Source: Thermoplasmatota archaeon (GTDB lineage Archaea > Thermoplasmatota > E2 > DHVEG-1). From it: a DNA stretch of 50,746 bases. Positions within the stretch are counted from its first letter, which is position 1. Each line of letters starts with the position of its first letter. This document shows positions 43,894 through 50,746 of the stretch, piece after piece. Where the stretch lies: NCBI GenBank assembly GCA_041550515.1, contig JBFEOQ010000005.1:1-50746 (forward strand), in the 5' to 3' direction. The notes under the pieces are model-generated. The model made no database searches. It had not been told where the DNA came from and saw only the letters and a program-made list of their open reading frames with translations. A program made the position numbers and the translations under genes.

Positions 43894-44526
43894 ATGATAA
43901 TAACAAAGCAAAAAGATTTGGAAAGTATTATTTGTTTAATTGAAAAAGATACTGTTTTTATTGTAGGCTGTAGTCAATGTGCAACTCTTTGTAAAACAGG
44001 CGGTGAAGATGAAGTTAAAAAAATGATTTCAATTCTGAAGGAAAATAATATTAAAGTTAGTGGTTGGGTCATACTTGATCCTGCTTGTCATTTTTTAAAT
44101 GATAAACGTGTTTTAAACAAAAATAAGGAAAATTTAAATAAAGCAAAAAAAGTTTTAGTATTAGCTTGTGGTAATGGTGTTCAAACTGTTGCTGAGATAA
44201 TAGAAGATGCAAAGGTTATACCAGGTTTAGATACACTTTTTTTAGGTGAGATTAAACGTGTAAAAAATTTTGAAAAAAGATGTAATCTATGTGGAGATTG
44301 TATTCAGAACTTATTTGATGGTTTATGTCCAATTTCTCGCTGTCCAAAAAATATGTTAAATGGCCCTTGTGGTGGTTCTATTAATGGTAAATGTGAGGTC
44401 TCAAAAGATTTAGATTGCATATGGGAAACTATAATTGAAAAACTTGATAAAGAAAAAAAATTATTTATATTAAAAAAAATTGTTGAACCGAAGAAATGGA
44501 GCAAATCTTTAGTTATGCGGAGGTGA
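43894..44526 (+). CDS. metV: MetV-like Cys-rich partner of methylenetetrahydrofolate reductase (MTHFR C-terminal-domain protein)
   Basis: 210 aa. Multiple Cys clusters (GCSQCATLCKTGG; CNLCGDC; CPISRCPKNMLNGPCGGSINGKCEV). Lies 6 nt upstream of metF, as in acetogen-type metVF. Confidence 0.7.
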   Translation: MIITKQKDLESIICLIEKDTVFIVGCSQCATLCKTGGEDEVKKMISILKENNIKVSGWVILDPACHFLNDKRVLNKNKENLNKAKKVLVLACGNGVQTVAEIIEDAKVIPGLDTLFLGEIKRVKNFEKRCNLCGDCIQNLFDGLCPISRCPKNMLNGPCGGSINGKCEVSKDLDCIWETIIEKLDKEKKLFILKKIVEPKKWSKSLVMRR

Positions 44527-44532
44527 ATTTTT

Positions 44533-45438
44533 TTGAGGTATACTAGTAATCTTGAAAAGGTTTTGAAAAACAAAGGTTTTGCTGTTACTGCTGAGATTGG
44601 TCCACCTAAAGGTTGTAATGCTGAAAAGATAAAATTAAAAGCTAATATTTTATTAAATTCTGCTGATGCTTTTAATATAACAGATAATCAAACTGGTGTT
44701 GTTCGTCTTTCTAGTCTTGCAGGTAGTGTTATTTTGTTAGATATGGGTCTTGAGCCTATTATGCAGATAGGTTGTCGTGATCGTAATAGAATAGCGCTAC
44801 AAAGTGATATTCTTGGTGCGTGTGCTCTTGGTATTAAAAATATACTTTTTATAACTGGTGATCATCAGTGTTTTGGAAATCATCCTGATGCTCGCGGTGT
44901 TTATGATTTGGATTCTATTCAACTTATAAAAATTGTTAAAGATATGCGGGATCATGGTATTTTTCAGAGTGGTGATGAGATAATATTTGGTCATCCAAAT
45001 GTTTTTATTGGTGGAGTTGCAAATCCTTTTGCAGATCCTTTGAGTTTTCGTGTTGATAGATTAGAAAAAAAGATTTTAGCTGGTGTTGATTTTATCCAGA
45101 CTCAGAGTGTTTTTAATCTTGAGCGTTTTAAATCTTGGATGGATGAGGTTCATTCTCGTGGTTTGGATAAAAAGGTCTTTATTCTTGCAGGTGTAACACC
45201 TCTTAAGTCAATTAAGATGTGTGAGAGGATGAAGTTTTACGTTCCAGGTGTTGATATCCCAGATGCAATACACAAAAGAATGAAAAATACTTATGATCCA
45301 AAAAAAGAAGGTTTTGATATTTCATTAGAACTTATCAAAGAGATTAAGAAAATAAAGGGTGTTTCTGGTATTCATATTACTGCTTTATTCTGGGAGGAGA
45401 TAATTCCTAGTTTAGTTTCAAAAGCTGGGCTTTATTAA
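44533..45438 (+). CDS. metF: 5,10-methylenetetrahydrofolate reductase (MetF)
   Basis: 301 aa from a TTG start. TIM-barrel MetF pattern (TAEIGPPKG, ITDNQ, CRDRNR, FITGD, DFIQTQ). Confidence 0.85.
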   Translation: MRYTSNLEKVLKNKGFAVTAEIGPPKGCNAEKIKLKANILLNSADAFNITDNQTGVVRLSSLAGSVILLDMGLEPIMQIGCRDRNRIALQSDILGACALGIKNILFITGDHQCFGNHPDARGVYDLDSIQLIKIVKDMRDHGIFQSGDEIIFGHPNVFIGGVANPFADPLSFRVDRLEKKILAGVDFIQTQSVFNLERFKSWMDEVHSRGLDKKVFILAGVTPLKSIKMCERMKFYVPGVDIPDAIHKRMKNTYDPKKEGFDISLELIKEIKKIKGVSGIHITALFWEEIIPSLVSKAGLY

Positions 45439-45454
45439 TATCAAAAATATAATG

Positions 45455-45462
45455 TTTTTTTT
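45455..45462 (+). terminator. Oligo-T tract (T8) downstream of metF
   Basis: GTTTTTTTTA lies 17 nt after the metF stop. Archaeal intrinsic termination commonly uses oligo-T runs. Confidence 0.35.
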
Positions 45463-45540
45463 ATTGAAAAATTAAGTTTGAATTTTTTTGATTATAAAGT
45501 TTGGAGTCGAATATCATTCCCTGTTTTTTTTATTTGGATA

Positions 45541-46272
45541 TTAAAATTTCTTATTAAATAAGTAAAAGCAAATACTTATTAGTGCAATATGATAAATGAA
45601 ACCTATAGCAAGACTAAAAAAATCAATTGATCCATTTTTTAACACTGCATCTAATGATAAAAGTGACCAAAAAGTAGGAATTGGACTAAAAATCCATTTT
45701 AGGTTGCCAAGGTTTAGGAAAAAAGCAAATATTGGAATTATAAAAACTGTTCCTCCAATTTTGAAAATAGCAAATGCTTGAACCTTGTTTGTTGCAAATG
45801 ATGCAACTAGTAATGATGCAACTGGTGTAAATAAAGCAAATAATAGTGCAGTGGGAATATATGCAAGATAGGAAAATTCTGCCATATTTACTAAACCTGA
45901 TAATGGAGGAAATATCAATAATACGATAAATGAAAATACTAACATGAAAAACATACGGAAAGCAAGAAAGCTCGTTCTTGATATTGGCATAATTCTTAGA
46001 ACTGTTAGTAAATGCTCATCTCTTTCATCAAGAATTATAAATGCAGCAATAAAACTGTAAATAAAGGGAATAATTACAACAAGAAACATAAGAACTAATG
46101 AAAATTCTGATGCCAGTTGAAATATGCCTCCGATTCTAGGTTCTATTATATGTACAAGTATTCTTGAAAATAAAATCAGCATCACCGGGTAGGCAAAGAA
46201 TGCAAAAAGAAAGAAGCGATCTCTTATAATATTTCTTAGGTCATTTACAGCGAGTTTGAAAAGGTATACCAT
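45541..46272 (-). CDS. ABC-2-type transporter permease
   Basis: 243 aa with about 6 hydrophobic segments. Downstream of a second permease and an ABC ATPase in an apparent operon. Confidence 0.65.
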   Translation of the reverse strand: MVYLFKLAVNDLRNIIRDRFFLFAFFAYPVMLILFSRILVHIIEPRIGGIFQLASEFSLVLMFLVVIIPFIYSFIAAFIILDERDEHLLTVLRIMPISRTSFLAFRMFFMLVFSFIVLLIFPPLSGLVNMAEFSYLAYIPTALLFALFTPVASLLVASFATNKVQAFAIFKIGGTVFIIPIFAFFLNLGNLKWIFSPIPTFWSLLSLDAVLKNGSIDFFSLAIGFIYHIALISICFYLFNKKF

Positions 46273-46277
46273 ATTTT

Positions 46278-46994
46278 TTATCCTCCTTTCAATACAATAT
46301 GTTTATAAAATGCTTTTTTTGCAAGCCAAAACAATATTACAATCCAGATGAGTTGATAACCAATTCCATATGCTATCTCCCATGTCTCGAGGCTTTCTGC
46401 AACAAATACACCTTTAAATAGTAAAAAAGATGCCTGAGTCGGCCATAAGTAAAATATAATATTTTCATATAGATGTGATAAATGTAACATTGGAAAGAAA
46501 GTAAGTCCTAGAAATAAAACAGCAAATGCCATTAAATATTCATTAATGCTTTTTACACGAGAAACTATTATGAATCCTAGAAGAATCAGCATGATAGAAG
46601 TAAGAATTATTGAAATGGCAAGATAAAATACATTAAAATCGATTTCTCCAAAAAGATTCAAAAGAATAATGAATATTGTTGCAGATATAACTGAAAGAAT
46701 TGTAAGAGAAATAATCTTTGATAAGAGATAATCATTGACTTTCATTGGAGTTACTACAAGTGCTTGAAGAACATTTTCTGATTTTTCAAATAAAACTAAT
46801 GCACCTACGAACATAATTCCAATTATCGCAGGATCAAAAAATAAAAGTAATGTATGAAAAACTGGAATGTTCATATCAGGTAAAGCTTGAGTAATAATAA
46901 AATATAAAATAACACTTAAAATTGAAATATGAATAATTTTGTATCTATACAGAAGAGTAAATTCCCATTTTATCATATTTTTAAGATTACTCAT
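46278..46994 (-). CDS. ABC-2-type transporter permease
   Basis: 238 aa, polytopic. Overlaps the ATPase gene stop by 4 nt. Confidence 0.65.
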   Translation of the reverse strand: MSNLKNMIKWEFTLLYRYKIIHISILSVILYFIITQALPDMNIPVFHTLLLFFDPAIIGIMFVGALVLFEKSENVLQALVVTPMKVNDYLLSKIISLTILSVISATIFIILLNLFGEIDFNVFYLAISIILTSIMLILLGFIIVSRVKSINEYLMAFAVLFLGLTFFPMLHLSHLYENIIFYLWPTQASFLLFKGVFVAESLETWEIAYGIGYQLIWIVILFWLAKKAFYKHIVLKGG

Positions 46995-47845
46995 TTCAAT
47001 TGTCGCCCCGTTGCTTTAATAAAAATATCCTCCAAGGTTGCTTCTTCAGTGTGAATCGTCTGAACTAAGCCTGATTTTAATAGACTAAAAAAGGACTTAT
47101 TTTCTGCAAGATTTTTAAGGTCAAACTCTTGACTTACTAAATCTCCGTTTTTAAGATATTCCAACTTTACAATTTTTTTACCGTGTTTTATTTTTAGTTC
47201 TTTTGGGCTTTCAATAAGAACAAGTTTTCCGTCAACAATGAATCCCACTCGATCACATAATTCATCTGCATCTTGCATATTATGAGTTGTTAGAAAAATT
47301 GCTTTTCCATCCTTTCTTTTCTGAAGAATTATGTTTTTTATTAAACGTCTACCAACTGGATCAAGCCCTGTTGTTGGTTCATCAAGAAATAACACTTCTG
47401 GATCATTTAACAAGGATCTGGCAAAGTTAAGTTTTGATTTCATACCTTTTGAATAGGTACCAACTCGTTGATTTGCATCTTCTTCAAGTTCTACCATTTT
47501 TAATAAATCCATTGTTGGTATTGTTCTTCTGCGATAAAAAGAAGCGAAAAGTTCTAGGTTTTCCAAAGCTGTAAGTTTTTGATAATGATTTGGAAGTTCA
47601 AATCCAACTCCTATTCTATTGTAAAGTTCTGTTTTCCAGCTATGTAGATTTTTACCAAGGATTTCTACATTTCCTCCATATCCCTTTAAAAGCCCGATTA
47701 TTACCTTTTGAGTTGTTGTCTTTCCTGCTCCATTTGGACCGAGGAATCCAAATATTTCACCTTTTTGTATTTCAAATGAAACTCCATTTACAGCTTTTTT
47801 ATTTGATTTAGGATAAGTAAATTCTAGGTTTTGTACCTTTAACAT
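46991..47845 (-). CDS. ABC transporter ATP-binding protein (ABC-2/drug-exporter type)
   Basis: 284 aa. Walker A GPNGAGKTT, signature YSKGMKSKL, Walker B LFLDEPTTGLD. Confidence 0.9.
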   Translation of the reverse strand: MLKVQNLEFTYPKSNKKAVNGVSFEIQKGEIFGFLGPNGAGKTTTQKVIIGLLKGYGGNVEILGKNLHSWKTELYNRIGVGFELPNHYQKLTALENLELFASFYRRRTIPTMDLLKMVELEEDANQRVGTYSKGMKSKLNFARSLLNDPEVLFLDEPTTGLDPVGRRLIKNIILQKRKDGKAIFLTTHNMQDADELCDRVGFIVDGKLVLIESPKELKIKHGKKIVKLEYLKNGDLVSQEFDLKNLAENKSFFSLLKSGLVQTIHTEEATLEDIFIKATGRQLK

Positions 47846-47940
47846 TTTATTTCACATCCTCATCTCTATAATCCTAGATTGAATAATTATTTATAAGTAT
47901 GTACTATTTTTTATACTAAAATTATTAATCATTAATTTTT

Positions 47941-48687
47941 TTAATTTTTCTGCATTATAAAAAATTCATAACCATAATAATCTGAATATTTAGTATACAT
48001 ATTAATTTCTTTTTTACATTCTTCAAAGGTTTGTAAGGCGATTTTATTATTATAATATTTTTTCTCTAATTCTTTTATTCTTTTTTCCATTGGTGAATAA
48101 AAACTATCAATCCATGATGATTTAGGAAGAGTAAAATGGGATATTATTTTAAAACCTTCATTACGAATCAAAGTAATATTGCTTTTTATGTTTTTTATAT
48201 CAGGGTATCCTTCATCCCAGAATTGTTTTAATTCTTTGGGTAGATTAGGTAAAAGCAATACTGCTTCTGTTACAACTAGATATCCATTGTTTTTTAAAAT
48301 TTGATTACATCGTTTTAATCCATTTTGAAAACCCATAAAATATAATGCTCCTTCGGACCAAATAATATCAAACATATTGTTTTTGAAATTCATATCAAGC
48401 ATGGATTGGTTATTTGTAATTATTCTTTTATCAAATCCTTCTTCAATTGCTTTTTTTCTTAGAATATCTAAAAAGGGTTGATAGATATCAATAGCGATAA
48501 TTTTTGCTTTTGAAATTCTTGCTAATTCTATAGTCTGCATACCATGTCCACACCCGATATCAAGAATAATTAGTTCATCTGGTAAATTTTTCAGATATCC
48601 AAATGCTTTACTAGTAGATTTGTTATCTCCGGGCCCACCTCTGGGAAGTCCTTGAAATAATTCATAAAAATATTGCATATCTTCCAT
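47941..48687 (-). CDS. Class I SAM-dependent methyltransferase
   Basis: 248 aa. Motif I ILDIGCGHGMQT and post-I acidic residue. Substrate unknown. Confidence 0.78.
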   Translation of the reverse strand: MEDMQYFYELFQGLPRGGPGDNKSTSKAFGYLKNLPDELIILDIGCGHGMQTIELARISKAKIIAIDIYQPFLDILRKKAIEEGFDKRIITNNQSMLDMNFKNNMFDIIWSEGALYFMGFQNGLKRCNQILKNNGYLVVTEAVLLLPNLPKELKQFWDEGYPDIKNIKSNITLIRNEGFKIISHFTLPKSSWIDSFYSPMEKRIKELEKKYYNNKIALQTFEECKKEINMYTKYSDYYGYEFFIMQKN

Positions 48688-48979
48688 GTTATCACTTTTT
48701 GATAATATTTTATGATAAAATAACTATGTAGTTATATAGATTTTTGAAATTAATAAATTGTTTGTAATTAATTATATTCTTTTTTTTTATACAACAATAC
48801 ATTTTTTGAGAAAATATTTGAATAATTGATTTGAATTTAATGAAAAATTTCTATTTTTGCTTAAGCAAAGAAGATAATTTTATCTTGATATAGCAAATAT
48901 AAAATACCATAGGATAATACTGCTTATCTAATTATATTATAAAGATAAAAAAAAAATTATGATTCGAGGGTAGTAAGAT

Positions 48980-49588
48980 ATGAAAAAAATATCATTATTA
49001 CAAAATTCCATAATTGTACTAAATGTACTTTGTATAGTTTTATTAAGCGGATGTAATGAACAAATATCAGAGCAAGGCTCAGCTCCTATTATAAATTTCT
49101 TTACAGCTACTCCAAATATTGTCATTTATGGAAATAGCTCAGTTTTAAATTGGTCTGTAGAAAATGCTACTAGTGTTATTATAGATAATGGGATAGGTAA
49201 TGTAAATTTTAGTGATCTCTTAAAAATCACTCCTGAGAAAAATCAAACTTATAATCTTACAGCAATTAATTCATATGGGAATAGTAATGCATCTGTCAAA
49301 GTTGATGTGATAGTAATTAATGATAATACATCAGAAAAAAATTCAGCTCCAATAGTTTATTTCTTTACAGCAACACCTATGGAAGTAAAATTTGGTGAAA
49401 GTACTACATTAGATTGGTTTGTAGAAGGGGCTACTAGTGTGAGTATAAACAATGGAATAGGTGAAGTAGGTTTAATTGGTCCTTTCACTTTTAAGCCAGT
49501 AGCCACTAGAAAATATATACTAACTGCAACTAATGAATTTGGAATTACTTATGGATCTATCATTTTGAAGGTAAATATGTCAGGTTAA
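48980..49588 (+). CDS. Secreted/lipobox protein with two tandem Ig-like repeat domains
   Basis: 202 aa. Signal peptide ending LLSGC. Two repeats of about 85 aa begin SAPIINFFTATPNIV...NWSVENATSVIIDNGIGNV and SAPIVYFFTATPMEV...DWFVEGATSVSINNGIGEV. Confidence 0.6.
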   Translation: MKKISLLQNSIIVLNVLCIVLLSGCNEQISEQGSAPIINFFTATPNIVIYGNSSVLNWSVENATSVIIDNGIGNVNFSDLLKITPEKNQTYNLTAINSYGNSNASVKVDVIVINDNTSEKNSAPIVYFFTATPMEVKFGESTTLDWFVEGATSVSINNGIGEVGLIGPFTFKPVATRKYILTATNEFGITYGSIILKVNMSG

Positions 49589-49687
49589 CATTGTTAATGA
49601 TAAACAAATCATATATTTAGTATCCTCGAATGTAAAATGAAGATAATACTATATTAAGATAGAATTATAGTTTTGAAGGTAAAAAGT

Positions 49688-50746
49688 ATGAAAAACATGT
49701 TAATATTACTAATTACTTTGATTATGATTAGTTTAGGTTTTTTTAGTGGATGTATCGAAGAGAAAAAAATTGTTGATACAGATGGAGATGGATACGAAGA
49801 TAAGTTTGATGCTTTTCCATATGATCCAACAGAATGGGTAGATAGTGATAATGATGGTATAGGTGATAACTCAGATGATCAAAATGATAAAACAAGTAAT
49901 TTTATTTATATTAAGGGAAAAGGTAGTTATTCAACAATCCAAGAGGCCATTAACTCAGCTTCTACAAATGATACTATACTAGTAAGTAAAGGAATATATT
50001 TTGAAAACATTAATATAACAAAATCAATAGAGTTAATAGGTGATAATAAAAATACAACTAAAATTAATGGAAATGGTTCTGGAATTGTTGTTAATATTTC
50101 AGCGGATTATGTTAGGATTAGTGGTTTTACTATAATGAATGGTGGTCCTATGTCTGCTTTTGAGTCAAATGCTGGTATAAAAATTGGGTCAAATAATAAT
50201 ATAATATCTGATTGTAATATTTCATCAAATAGAAATTATGGTTTGTATCTTTATACAAATCTTACAACTACAAAAAATACAATAACGGATAACGAGTTTT
50301 CAAATAATAAATATGGGATATTTGGATTCTATACAAAAACAAATAATATTTCATCAAATACTTTTGTAAATAATACTTCTTATGGAATGTATCTTCAAAG
50401 CGCATCTAATGATAATTTGATTTCTGAAAATACATTTATTGGAAATAACTATGCGATTAGAATCAAAGGTTCAAGTAGAAATACATTTCTAAAAAATTTA
50501 ATAATTAATAACAAAAATGGAATTTATTTCTGTTGTGGTGCAAAAAACAATATTGCATATAACAATGTGCTAATAAATAATACTAACTGGAATGCAAGGG
50601 ATGATCCAATTAATATTTGGGATAATGGAATAGTCGGTAATTACTGGGATGATTATACTGGTTTGGATGTAGATGGTGATGGAATAGGTGATACACCTTA
50701 CCTAATAAATAGCGATAAAGGAGATAGATTTCCACTAATGAATCCA
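49688..50746 (+). CDS. Secreted lipobox protein with Ca-binding DxDxDG repeats and a right-handed parallel beta-helix (NosD/CASH-like) domain; 3'-truncated by the window end
   Basis: Open frame from ATG 49688 to the window edge (353 codons, not in the ORF track because there is no stop). Signal plus GFFSGC lipobox, DTDGDGYED and DSDNDGIGDNSDD, repeated N-x-I-x-x-N beta-helix rungs, and a terminal DVDGDGIGD. Confidence 0.7.
   Translation, partial: MKNMLILLITLIMISLGFFSGCIEEKKIVDTDGDGYEDKFDAFPYDPTEWVDSDNDGIGDNSDDQNDKTSNFIYIKGKGSYSTIQEAINSASTNDTILVSKGIYFENINITKSIELIGDNKNTTKINGNGSGIVVNISADYVRISGFTIMNGGPMSAFESNAGIKIGSNNNIISDCNISSNRNYGLYLYTNLTTTKNTITDNEFSNNKYGIFGFYTKTNNISSNTFVNNTSYGMYLQSASNDNLISENTFIGNNYAIRIKGSSRNTFLKNLIINNKNGIYFCCGAKNNIAYNNVLINNTNWNARDDPINIWDNGIVGNYWDDYTGLDVDGDGIGDTPYLINSDKGDRFPLMNP

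Noticed and set aside
1-50746. CRISPR arrays, IS elements or transposases, integrase genes, rRNA genes and classic defence systems
   Set aside because: I found no regularly spaced direct repeats, no transposase- or integrase-like ORFs and no rRNA-like GC-rich blocks. The HD-domain, PIN and DEAD-box genes all sit in housekeeping-type contexts rather than in defence-island arrangements.

Overview
AT-rich (about 30% G+C by eye) archaeal chromosomal segment. Archaeal identity rests on TFB, aIF2 beta and gamma, ribosomal proteins L7Ae/S28e/L24e/S6e, RadB, RFC large subunit, Alba, an Sm protein, a split transketolase and an intron-containing tRNA. The lineage cannot be fixed from the sequence alone. 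hutH/hutU plus metV/metF and many secreted beta-helix proteins fit an amino-acid-fermenting, low-GC archaeon. Most of the window is dense housekeeping coding sequence: translation, DNA replication and repair, central carbon metabolism, histidine catabolism and C1-folate metabolism. Five things stand out. (1) A six-gene isoprenoid-tailoring island (21.4-28.4 kb) holds three UbiA prenyltransferases, a geranylgeranyl-reductase paralog, a CrtI-like flavoenzyme and a CrtC-like hydratase. (2) A 5-kb block of nucleic-acid-binding genes (DEAD-box helicase, TFB, two cold-shock proteins, Alba) is bounded by an intact intron-containing tRNA-Met(CAU) and a decayed direct copy of its 3' end exactly 5001 bp away. 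(3) Inside that block, two unannotated 58-aa paralogs share a C-X12-C-X14-C-X2-C pattern, one in each of two mirror-image csp modules. (4) A GC-rich structured element with an identical 18-nt core occurs twice, once in the cdrS-like/ftsZ spacer and once between the Sm gene and hutU. (5) The histidine ammonia-lyase carries Ala-Cys-Gly in place of the canonical MIO-forming Ala-Ser-Gly. I saw no CRISPR array, IS element, integrase or rRNA.
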